A DNA stretch of 64,000 nt from an uncultured Gemmatimonadales bacterium (GTDB taxonomy: Bacteria > Gemmatimonadota > Gemmatimonadetes > Longimicrobiales > RSA9): NCBI GenBank assembly GCA_963816355.1, contig CAWFKH010000005.1, forward strand, positions 64,001-128,000. The letters run 5' to 3'. Under the pieces are notes generated by a model. It saw only the letters and a program-made list of their open reading frames with translations. It searched no databases and was not told the origin of the DNA. The position numbers were made by a program, and so were the translations under genes. Positions 8,038-16,108 of this stretch are shown here, in pieces (the stretch's first letter is position 1; each line of letters opens with the position of its first letter).

Positions 8038-9300
8038 ATGCAGCGCACGCCCCCCGCCGGAGCTGGTGAGCGCCCGCGGGAATCGTTCGATCCACGCACC
8101 GAGATCACCGAGGAGTCGTTCGCCATCGCGCCCGAGCTCCTCGGCATGCCTCTGGCCGGCCCGTGGCGCCGCCTCGCCGGCATCCTCGTGGACCTGGCGC
8201 TCGCCGGTCTCCTCACCCGCATGCCCCGCTTCCTGCTCGCGATCGGCGCCGCCTTCGTGTTCTGGCGCCTCAGCCGCCAGCTCGACCGGGGCTTCCTGCA
8301 GCGGTGGTCGCGCTTCTGGATCCGCGCCATCGCCGCCGTGACCGCTTTCGTCGCGATTCTGATGGGCGGAGTGTGGACGCACCGTAAGGTCGCAGACTTC
8401 GGCGCCGACGCGGTGGCCAGCTCGGACGCGGGCGGCGACGCCGCCCGGCTCGGCCCCGTCGGCAGCGCGATCGGCATGCTCGGCGCCGCCGGCCGCGACT
8501 ACCTGCGGCTGCGCGATGCCAGCTCTCCAGCCCAGGCGCGCACGCGCGCGCGGGACCTCGTCGCCACGCTTCAGCGCCACATGGATTCGCCGGAGGAGTT
8601 CGCCGACCTCGCCACCGAGCTCGCCGACGCACCGCCGGACCAGCTCCGGCAGCTCGGCCTCGGAACCGACCAGGTCGACGCCCTGCTCCAGGCGCTCGCG
8701 CCCTACAGCCACGCCCCACCCCCCGCACCCGACGCGCCCGGCGCCGCCGTGGCCGTCACCGAGCCCACCGCCGGCACTGCCAGCGCCGCGGCCGATTCCG
8801 CCGCGGCCGATTCCGCCACGGCCGATTCCGCCGCGCCTGCGGAGGTTGCCGCGATCCGCCCCGAGATCCAGGCCCACATCGACTCCCTCGAACGGCGCGT
8901 CGAGGCGGCCGACGCGCGCGCGGACCGCCTCGCCCGGCAGGCGTCGCGCGATGTGGAGCACACCGGCATCCTGGGTCCGCTCCGCTCGGCCGCCGACGAC
9001 CTCGGCGTCAGCGTCGGCTGGCTCGGCCTCTACTTCACCGCCTTCCTCGCGATGTGGAAAGGCCAGACACCGGGCAAGAGGATCTTCGGCATGCGCGTCT
9101 TGCGCCTCGATGGAAAGCCGATCGGCTGGTGGGCCGCCTTCGAGCGCTTCGGCGGCTACGGCGCCGGCATCGCGACCGGCCTGCTCGGCTTCGCTCAGGT
9201 CCTGTGGGACCGCAACCGCCAGGCGATCCACGACAAGATCTCGGAGACCGTCGTCGTGGACGAATCACCCGCGGCCCGCCGCTCCGCGACCACGCCCTGA
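8038..9300 (+). CDS. RDD family membrane protein with a large internal insertion
   Basis: LAGPWRRLAGILVD at the N-terminus; GQTPGKRIFGMRV...R...RQAIHDKISETVVV at the C-terminus. Confidence 0.85.
   Translation: MQRTPPAGAGERPRESFDPRTEITEESFAIAPELLGMPLAGPWRRLAGILVDLALAGLLTRMPRFLLAIGAAFVFWRLSRQLDRGFLQRWSRFWIRAIAAVTAFVAILMGGVWTHRKVADFGADAVASSDAGGDAARLGPVGSAIGMLGAAGRDYLRLRDASSPAQARTRARDLVATLQRHMDSPEEFADLATELADAPPDQLRQLGLGTDQVDALLQALAPYSHAPPPAPDAPGAAVAVTEPTAGTASAAADSAAADSATADSAAPAEVAAIRPEIQAHIDSLERRVEAADARADRLARQASRDVEHTGILGPLRSAADDLGVSVGWLGLYFTAFLAMWKGQTPGKRIFGMRVLRLDGKPIGWWAAFERFGGYGAGIATGLLGFAQVLWDRNRQAIHDKISETVVVDESPAARRSATTP
8791..8835. repeat. 15-bp tandem repeat x3 (ADSAA/ADSAT)
   Basis: gccgattccgcc(g/a)cg at 8791, 8806 and 8821. 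Confidence 0.9.
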
Positions 9301-9312
9301 GCGGGGCCGCCG

Positions 9313-10728
9313 TCAGCGCGCTCCGCCCAGCACCTCCACGATCCGCCGACCCGCGCGGCCGCCGCTCCGCACCGCGCCCTCCACGCTCGGCGATACGAGA
9401 TAGTCTCCCGCCAGCGCGATGCGCGGCGGCAGCCACGACGGATCCCAGGCCCGCAGGTGCGTCAGCGATCCCGGTGGGAGCAGCGTGCTGCCCTCCGGAA
9501 AATCGTAGACGCGCGCCCGCGCCACCCGCCGCTCGACCCACGGCAGCAGCTCGACCACCGCCGGCAGCAGCCGGTCCAGCACGTCGCGCGGCGCCGCCCC
9601 CGTCAGCGCCTCGCACTCGCCCGGCGTCGGCCGGACCACCAACGCACCCCGCCCCGGCGGCACCAGGCCGCCCGGCTTGCCGGCGAGATTGCAGATCGCC
9701 GCGATCCGCTTCCCCACCGCCGCATCGCGCGGCACCGAGAGACCGAACCACTCCCACCCCGGCTCCTCCGTGAGCACGAGCGCCAGCGCGACCGCCGGCC
9801 TCGTGCGCACGCCGCCGAGCCAATCCGCGGCCCGCTTGCCCGGATCGACGAGGCCGTCCAGCACGCCGGGCGGAACGGCCACCACCACCGCGTCGTGCAT
9901 CGCCTCCCCGGCGCCGGACCCCGCCACGGCGCCGGACCCCATCCCGGCGCCGGACCCCATCCCCGACGCGCGGACGCGCAGGCGGACGCCATCCGGCACC
10001 GCCTCGACCCCGGACACGGCCGTGCCGTATCGCATGCGGACGCCGCGGCCCAGCAGCGCGCCCGCGATGGCTTCTGGCAGCGCGCCCACGCCGCCGCGCA
10101 CGCCGTACAGCGCCACGTCCAACCCGGCCGACGCAAGCGCGTGGTAATAGCCCGCGCTCGTCTCCTCCGGCAGCATGTTCTCGTAGGACGAGAGCGCCGG
10201 ATAGGCCAGGTACTCGACGAAGTCGGCGCCCATTTCACGCCCACCCCACGCAGCGATGCTCTCGCCGTCGTACTCCGCCGCCACCCCCGCGGACGGATCC
10301 GCCACGTCCAACTCGCCGCGGCGCCCCGTGAGGAACGGCAGGTAGCGCGCGAGCAGGCGCAGCTTCAGCCCCGTCGGCAGGGCGCCCGATGCCGCCATCG
10401 TCGTCGGCGATCCGTACGTCAGGCGATGGATGCGTCCGCCGCGCAACAGCGCGTCGCGGCCGCTCGCCCGGACCAGCAGGTCCGCCGCCCCCGCCGCCTC
10501 CGCGAGCCGGAAGAGATCGCCGTAGTACGAGCCGAGGAGCTGCACGCCGGCGTCGATCCGCACCCCCTCCAGGTCCTGCGTGCACATCCGCCCGCCCGGC
10601 CCCTCCCTCGCCTCGTACACCGTCACCGACGCCCCCGCCGCCGCCAGCGTCCACGCCGCCGCGAGCCCCGCCGGACCCGCTCCCACCACGCCGACCGCGC
10701 GGCCGCTCGCCTCCCCTGGTGCGTCCAT
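9313..10728 (-). CDS. FAD-dependent oxidoreductase (protoporphyrinogen oxidase/amine oxidase family)
   Basis: VVGAGPAGLAAA...VTVYEAREGPGGR dinucleotide-binding motif; IDAGVQ; C-terminal LAGDY....VEGAVRSG. Confidence 0.85.
   Translation of the reverse strand: MDAPGEASGRAVGVVGAGPAGLAAAWTLAAAGASVTVYEAREGPGGRMCTQDLEGVRIDAGVQLLGSYYGDLFRLAEAAGAADLLVRASGRDALLRGGRIHRLTYGSPTTMAASGALPTGLKLRLLARYLPFLTGRRGELDVADPSAGVAAEYDGESIAAWGGREMGADFVEYLAYPALSSYENMLPEETSAGYYHALASAGLDVALYGVRGGVGALPEAIAGALLGRGVRMRYGTAVSGVEAVPDGVRLRVRASGMGSGAGMGSGAVAGSGAGEAMHDAVVVAVPPGVLDGLVDPGKRAADWLGGVRTRPAVALALVLTEEPGWEWFGLSVPRDAAVGKRIAAICNLAGKPGGLVPPGRGALVVRPTPGECEALTGAAPRDVLDRLLPAVVELLPWVERRVARARVYDFPEGSTLLPPGSLTHLRAWDPSWLPPRIALAGDYLVSPSVEGAVRSGGRAGRRIVEVLGGAR
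9909..9963. repeat. 18-bp tandem repeat x3 (GMGSGA) inside the flavoprotein
   Basis: cggcgccggacccc core at 9909, 9927 and 9945. Confidence 0.85.
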
Positions 10729-10897
10729 GCGCTCAACTTCGGCCCGCCCCGAACCCCGCGCAACGCTCGCCCGGCCCGGCCTCGCCGGCTTTCCGTACGA
10801 CGTCAGGGCCCCACGCGCGACGGCCCGCGACGCTGACCAGCGCCGCGGGCCGACCCACACCTCTCCCGGCAGGAGCCCGCTCCCGACCGACCCTCCC

Positions 10898-11074
10898 TCA
10901 GCCGGCCACGATCTTCCAGCGGCCGTACGGAAGCGTCGGAACCGGCCTCACCTTCCCTCCCCAGATGAACGCCGCGATCCGCGGCCCCGGCTCCCGCCGC
11001 ACTCCACTCGATATCACGATCCCCCGCACCTCCCGCTCCACCTCCACCTTCTCCACCCTCTCGTCCGTTTCCAT
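10898..11074 (-). CDS. Small hypothetical protein (58 aa)
   Basis: GAGGCGG RBS-like sequence before ATG 11074; protein-like composition (METDERVEKVEVERE...IAAFIWGGKVRPVPTLPYGRWKIVAG). Confidence 0.55.
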   Translation of the reverse strand: METDERVEKVEVEREVRGIVISSGVRREPGPRIAAFIWGGKVRPVPTLPYGRWKIVAG

Positions 11075-11338
11075 CGTGTCACCGCCTCTCAGCCGTACGT
11101 CACGGCGCAAAGCCGCGGTTGCGGCGCCCTCGTGCACGAGCCGTACCGAATCGGCGACGGGACGTGGAAACGGCTGCAAATACGGGAGTTACGGAACTCG
11201 ACCCATCCTCTGCCGCGCCCGCGACGTCCCTCCGTGAGGACGGCCCGTGTGTCACATCGACACGCCGGGCCGCTCGGACGACGGGGCCGCTGGGGGCCGC
11301 TCCGAGCCGGGCCGCGGGTCGCTCGGAGCGCTGGCCGC

Positions 11339-11971
11339 TTACGGCCGCTGCTCGCCCTCCCTGAGGACGGATTGGGCGAGGAGGACGGTGCGCGCGATGT
11401 CGACCATCGGCTGATTGCGGTTCTGGCTTTCCTTCTGGAGGACGCGGTAGGCGTCGGCCTCGGTGAGATGGCGCGTCTCCATGAGGAGGACCTTGGCGCG
11501 CTCGACGAGGGCCCGGTCCTCGATCTTCTTCTCGAGCGACTCGGACTCATCGCGGTACTTCAGCCACTCGGCGTGGCGGGCGCGGGCGACGGTGATCGCG
11601 GGCTTGAGGTCTTCGATGCTGACGGGCTTGACGAGGTAGTGGAAGACGGGCAGCGAGACCGCCTTCTCGATGTATTCGGGATTGCTGTAGCCGGTGAGCA
11701 GGATGATCGGCACGGGCCGCAGGAGGAAGACCTGCTGGGCGGCCTCGATGCCGTTGAGCTCGGGCATGCGGATGTCGAGAAGTGCGAGGTCGATCTCGTG
11801 CTTGCGGGCGAGCTCGACGGCGTCGCGGCCGTTGGCGGCGGGACCGATGACGGTATGGCCGAGCGCCTCGAGCTGGGACTTGAGCGCCAGCGCGTTCAGG
11901 GGCTCGTCTTCGGCGACGAGGATCCGGATTCCGCCGTGTCTGCGGATGGGTCGAGTCGGCTTTCGCATCAC
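11339..11971 (-). CDS. Response regulator, receiver plus ANTAR domain
   Basis: ILVAEDE...LLDIRMP..NG...LTG...YLVKP receiver; RALVERAKVLLME...TEADAYRVLQKESQNRN ANTAR. Confidence 0.93.
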   Translation of the reverse strand: MMRKPTRPIRRHGGIRILVAEDEPLNALALKSQLEALGHTVIGPAANGRDAVELARKHEIDLALLDIRMPELNGIEAAQQVFLLRPVPIILLTGYSNPEYIEKAVSLPVFHYLVKPVSIEDLKPAITVARARHAEWLKYRDESESLEKKIEDRALVERAKVLLMETRHLTEADAYRVLQKESQNRNQPMVDIARTVLLAQSVLREGEQRP

Positions 11972-11991
11972 GCCGGGGGTGGAAGCAAGTA

Positions 11992-12846
11992 TCAGACCCG
12001 CGTCGCGGCGGCGGGGATCGAGCCGTCTCCGCCATGCTCCGCCGCCGCGTCGTCGACGACGTCGCCGACGAAGCCGGCGGCGGCGAGCCTGGCGGCGAGC
12101 GCGGCGGCCTGCGTGCGCTCGACCAGCCGTCCCACGCGCACGCGCCGGAGCGATCCGTCGCCCACGGTGACGACGCGCGCCTCGAAGCCGCCGTGCCGGA
12201 GGCGGCTGGCGAGAGCCTCCGCGTTGTCCGCCTCGCGGAACGCGCCGAGCTGCACCGCGAAGCGCGCGGCGCCGGCACGGACGTGCCCTTCCGCCGGCGC
12301 GGCGGGCGGGGCGGCGGGGGCGGGCGCGGCGGCCGGGGCCGGCGCGGCCGGTACGGCGGCCGCGGCGGCGAGACGGTCGAGCCAGAGGCGGGCCGCGGCG
12401 CGCTCGCTCGCGGCCGGATAGTCGAGCGTGAGCCGTCGCAGATAGGCGACGGCGCGCGCCGTGTCGCCGCGGGCGGCCAGGCTCTGAGCGAGCCGCAGCA
12501 GCGCTGCGGGCGCGTACGCGGAGGTCGGATAGCCGAGCACGACGGCGCGCAGGTCGCCCTCCGCGCCGGCGACGTCGTCGCGCAGCAAGGCGCGCAGAAG
12601 GAGCGCGTGGGCGCGGCCGCCCTCGCCGGCGGATCCGGCGGAGGAGGAGGCGTCGCCGGCCGATGCGAACCAGCGCGCCACCTCGGCGGCCGCCGGGGCG
12701 GTGGCCCCGGCGGCGACGAGGGAGTCGGCGCGCGCGAGGCTCGGCGTCTGGCCGCTGGCGTTCGCGGGCGCGGCGGCGGATGCGGCGGCGGCAAGGGCGG
12801 CCAGCGCGGGGAGGAACCGGGCCGATCGAAATCGCGGCGGACTCAC
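11992..12846 (-). CDS. Exported TPR-like plus SPOR domain protein
   Basis: GTGA overlap with the holA stop; signal peptide; helical repeats ending YP; FAVQLGAFRE..NA..LA..L...GF......RRVRVG SPOR motif. Confidence 0.8.
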   Translation of the reverse strand: MSPPRFRSARFLPALAALAAAASAAAPANASGQTPSLARADSLVAAGATAPAAAEVARWFASAGDASSSAGSAGEGGRAHALLLRALLRDDVAGAEGDLRAVVLGYPTSAYAPAALLRLAQSLAARGDTARAVAYLRRLTLDYPAASERAAARLWLDRLAAAAAVPAAPAPAAAPAPAAPPAAPAEGHVRAGAARFAVQLGAFREADNAEALASRLRHGGFEARVVTVGDGSLRRVRVGRLVERTQAAALAARLAAAGFVGDVVDDAAAEHGGDGSIPAAATRV

Positions 12847-13847
12847 GCGGCCCGGGCCTCGAAGCGGAGCAGAAGCTCCTCGATCAGTGGGGCATCCCCG
12901 AGCGACGCCGACTTCAGGAGGCGATCCGCGCGGAGCAGGTCGTCGAGCGCCCCTTCCAGGCTGTCGGCGGACCACCGCCGCGCCTGCTGGGCGACGCGGC
13001 GGGCCAGCCACTTCTGGTGCGGCGGCAGCGCGTCCGCAAGGGCGCGCTCGCCGCCCTCGACCGCCAGCGCGAGGCGGAGGAAGTGGACGCCGAGGCCGAT
13101 CACGAGACCGACGCCGTTCTCGCCGCTCTCGAGGAGGGTGGGCAGGCCGCGACGCGCTTCGGCGAAGCGGCCTTCGGCGACCCGGTCGAACCATTCCCAG
13201 CGGTTTTCGCGCGCGATCGGACCCACGGCCTTCTCGACGTCGGCGACGGTGATGCGGGCGCGGTCGCCCACGAAGTCGCGGAGCTTCGCCATCTCGCGGA
13301 TCAGCACGCCGAGGTCGGCGCCGATGGCGGCGGCGAGGGCGCGCGCGGCATCCGGTTCGAGGTGGACCCCGTCCGTTCCGGAGCGGGCCATCAGCCAGCC
13401 GGGGAGATCCGCCTGTGAGAGCGCGGCCAGGTCGACCGATCGCGCCTCCTTCTTGAGACGCTCGTAGAAGCGGGCCTTCGTGCGGGGCGGCAGCTGCGCG
13501 ATCAGCACGAGCGCCAGGTCGGGCGGCGCCGAGCCGAGCAGCGCCTCGATCGTCTCTCGAAGCCGCGCCGAAGTGGCGAGCCCCTGCGCTTCCCGCACGA
13601 CGACGACGCGCCACGCGGCCATCATCGGCGGCGTCTGCACGATGGAGGCGAGCGATTCCGGTGTGACGTCGCCGCCCCGGAGCTGGTCGAAGTTGAAGTC
13701 GCGCGTGGCGGGGTCGAGGTGGGCGGCGACGATCTCCGCCGCAAGCTCCTCTTTCAGGAATTCCTCGTCGCCGAAAAGAAAGAAGACGCCCCCGCGCTCG
13801 CCTCGCGCGAGCGAACGCTTCAGGGCGTCGGACGTCTGCAGCGGCAT
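12843..13847 (-). CDS. holA: DNA polymerase III delta subunit
   Basis: VFFLFGDEEFL...DFNFDQL...TPPMMAAWRVVVV...EMAKL...IT..DV...DRLLKS. Confidence 0.9.
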   Translation of the reverse strand: MPLQTSDALKRSLARGERGGVFFLFGDEEFLKEELAAEIVAAHLDPATRDFNFDQLRGGDVTPESLASIVQTPPMMAAWRVVVVREAQGLATSARLRETIEALLGSAPPDLALVLIAQLPPRTKARFYERLKKEARSVDLAALSQADLPGWLMARSGTDGVHLEPDAARALAAAIGADLGVLIREMAKLRDFVGDRARITVADVEKAVGPIARENRWEWFDRVAEGRFAEARRGLPTLLESGENGVGLVIGLGVHFLRLALAVEGGERALADALPPHQKWLARRVAQQARRWSADSLEGALDDLLRADRLLKSASLGDAPLIEELLLRFEARAA

Positions 13848-13869
13848 GTCGCGGCGACTCGCCGCGCCG

Positions 13870-14535
13870 TCAGCGTGCGCCGAGGGGGCCGGACGCCGGG
13901 CGCGTGGTGGAGGTGAGCCGGTAGACCGGCGGCGTGATCACGAGCGGCGAATACGTGTCGCCTCCATCAAGGTAGGAACCCGCCGCATCCGTGAACAGGG
14001 GGCGGACGCGGTCCGGCAGCACCGCGTAGCCGCCCAGGGGGCCCCCGACCTCGTACAGCGGCGTGGCGACGCCGGGCGCCTCCGCCCGCCGCGCCGCCGA
14101 CGTCGAGATCGTCGTCGCGATCTCCGACGGCGGCGGCGGCCGGTCCGCACCCGTGCGCAGCAGCGGACTCCACGCGATGGCAGCGATCACGCCCGCCACC
14201 AGCAGCGCCGTCGCCGCGCTCCCGCCGGAGCCGACGTCACGCTCGCGCTCCTCCTCCGGCAGGCGCAGCAGCCTCTCCCGGAATCGTTCGCCGAAGTCCG
14301 CCGACACAGAAACGGCGGAGAGCTCGCGCAGCAGCTCGCCGCCTTGACGCACGACGCGGTCGTAGCGCGAACACGACGCACACGACGCCACGTGCATGCG
14401 CCACTGCATCTCCTCCAGCGCCGTCATGCGCCCGTCCACGAAGTCGGAGTGCCGGGCGATGAACGCCTCACACGCCGGCGCGGCCGACCGCGCCTCTGAG
14501 TCCCGCGATTCCCACATTGGAGCGCCTCGAACCAC
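13870..14535 (-). CDS. zf-HC2 zinc-finger anti-sigma factor (start may be ATG 14517)
   Basis: C......SDFVDG.M........HVASCASC, then one transmembrane helix; lies downstream of an ECF sigma. Confidence 0.8.
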   Translation of the reverse strand: MVRGAPMWESRDSEARSAAPACEAFIARHSDFVDGRMTALEEMQWRMHVASCASCSRYDRVVRQGGELLRELSAVSVSADFGERFRERLLRLPEEERERDVGSGGSAATALLVAGVIAAIAWSPLLRTGADRPPPPSEIATTISTSAARRAEAPGVATPLYEVGGPLGGYAVLPDRVRPLFTDAAGSYLDGGDTYSPLVITPPVYRLTSTTRPASGPLGAR

Positions 14536-14582
14536 TCGTGGTGCCCTTCCCCGGTACCTGCCTTCCCATCAACCGAACGTTC

Positions 14583-14609
14583 TACGGTCGAGCCTCCGCG
14601 CGTGTTCCA
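14583..14609 (-). promoter_or_regulatory. Candidate ECF promoter TGGAAC-N17-CGTA upstream of the anti-sigma gene
   Basis: Minus strand reads tGGAACacgcgcggaggctcgacCGTA, similar to AAC...CGT ECF consensus promoters. Confidence 0.4.
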
Positions 14610-14612
14610 TAC

Positions 14613-14653
14613 GTCGACGGCCTCGCCGGTGCGTTGCCGGCGAGGCCGTCGAC
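14613..14653. terminator. Perfect 17-bp-stem hairpin between sigma and anti-sigma genes
   Basis: gtcgacggcctcgccgg-tgcgttg-ccggcgaggccgtcgac, about 20 nt after the sigma stop. Confidence 0.6.
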
Positions 14654-14672
14654 TCTCCAGTGCAGAACCTCC

Positions 14673-15311
14673 TCAGTCGAGCATCGGCGCGATCAGCTGG
14701 GCGAAGTTGTTGCGTGCCCGGTTCAGCCGGCTCTTCACCGTCCCCAGATTGACACCGGTGATCTCCGCGATCTCCTCGTACGTCTTCCCCTCCATCTCGC
14801 GCAGCAGGAACACCACCCGGTGATGCTCCGGCAGCTCCGCCACCACATCCTCGACCAGATCGCGCAGGTGCCGCTTCCGGAACAGATCGTCCGGACGGTA
14901 CGTGTTGTCCTCCCATTCCAGCGGCCGGTGGTCCGCGTCCCAGTTCGTCTTGATCGCCTGGAACAGCACCAGCGGATTGCGCGACCGGTTGCGCAACTCG
15001 TTCTTCGCCAGGTTGCTCGCGATCGTGTACACCCACGTCGAGAACTTCTTCGTCTGGTCGAAACGGTGCAGGTGCCGGAAAACCCGGACGAACGTCTCCT
15101 GCACCAGATCCTCCGAACGGTCGCGGTCCCCGATCATCCGGTAGATGAAGTTCAGCAGCCGCTCCTGGTACCGATCCGCAAGCACCGTGAACGAGCGCTT
15201 GTCGCCGGCGAGGAACTGCGCGACCAGCTCGCTGTCCCCCGCGGGCGCCTTCGGCTCCGCCAGGGTGACCGCCTTCACGGCAGGCTTCGTCGCACGGACT
15301 GGATTCGGCAT
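14673..15311 (-). CDS. ECF RNA polymerase sigma factor (RpoE/SigW-like)
   Basis: SEDLVQETFVRVFRHL..FD..KKFSTWVYTIASNLAKN; LREMEGKTYEEIAEITGVNLGTVKSRLNRAR. Confidence 0.95.
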   Translation of the reverse strand: MPNPVRATKPAVKAVTLAEPKAPAGDSELVAQFLAGDKRSFTVLADRYQERLLNFIYRMIGDRDRSEDLVQETFVRVFRHLHRFDQTKKFSTWVYTIASNLAKNELRNRSRNPLVLFQAIKTNWDADHRPLEWEDNTYRPDDLFRKRHLRDLVEDVVAELPEHHRVVFLLREMEGKTYEEIAEITGVNLGTVKSRLNRARNNFAQLIAPMLD

Positions 15312-15463
15312 CGATCCCTCAGCGCGTGGGCCGGTTGCAGCGCCGGTGCCCGACCGGCCACAACCCGACCGTTCCCCGACCGCCGAAAGGGCACGTTCCG
15401 TACCATGCGCGGCCGGCCAGCACGCGCCCACGAAAACCCGCATGAATACTGGACATTTCCGGC

Positions 15464-16108
15464 TCAGACCTCCGCGTTTCCACCACCGCCTCCACTCCCT
15501 GCGTCCTCTCCGGTGGACATGGATCGTCCGCTTTTCGTGTCGACCGTGCCGGAAACGAACAGCGATGCGCACGCCAGCGCGCAGATCGTCTTCGCGTCCT
15601 CGATCCCACCGCTGCGCACGAGATCGAGCGCTTCGCTCAGGCGGGTCTCGCGGGGCTCGATGAACTCGTCCGGGTCGAACGAGGTCGAGCCCGGGGAGCA
15701 GTCGAGCGCGAGGAAGATGTGGATGCGCTCGTCGGTGAAGCCGGGCGTCGTCAGGATCGAGGTGAGCGGCCGGAGCGAGCCGGCGACGAGGCCGGTCTCC
15801 TCCTCGAGCTCGCGGCGCGCGCAGACGCTCCAATCCTCGCCCGCGCGCTCGGGCCGGCCGGCGGGCACCTCGAGCACGTACCCGCCGGCGGCGTAGCGGT
15901 ACTGGCGGATGAGGAGGATGCGAGGATCGGGCGTGCCGACCGGATCGAGGAGCGGCAGGACCGCGGCGGCGCCGGAGTGGCGGATCATCTCGAGCTCGCC
16001 GGTCGAGCCGTCGGGGAAGCGGACGGTGTCGATCGAGAGGTGGACGATGCGCCCGTCGTAGACGCTTCGGCTGCCGATCGTGGCGCCGGCCGTCGCCTCA
16101 GTCGACAT
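15464..16108 (-). CDS. NUDIX hydrolase, ADP-ribose pyrophosphatase-like
   Basis: HSGAAAVL...LIRQYRY....LEVPAG.......ARRELEEETG Nudix box; TPGFTDE; IEDAKT. Confidence 0.9.
   Translation of the reverse strand: MSTEATAGATIGSRSVYDGRIVHLSIDTVRFPDGSTGELEMIRHSGAAAVLPLLDPVGTPDPRILLIRQYRYAAGGYVLEVPAGRPERAGEDWSVCARRELEEETGLVAGSLRPLTSILTTPGFTDERIHIFLALDCSPGSTSFDPDEFIEPRETRLSEALDLVRSGGIEDAKTICALACASLFVSGTVDTKSGRSMSTGEDAGSGGGGGNAEV

Noticed and set aside
11106..11117. CGC-AAAGCC-GCG, an ANTAR-like A1/G4 hexaloop
   Set aside because: Single copy with a 3-bp stem, on the strand opposite the local genes.
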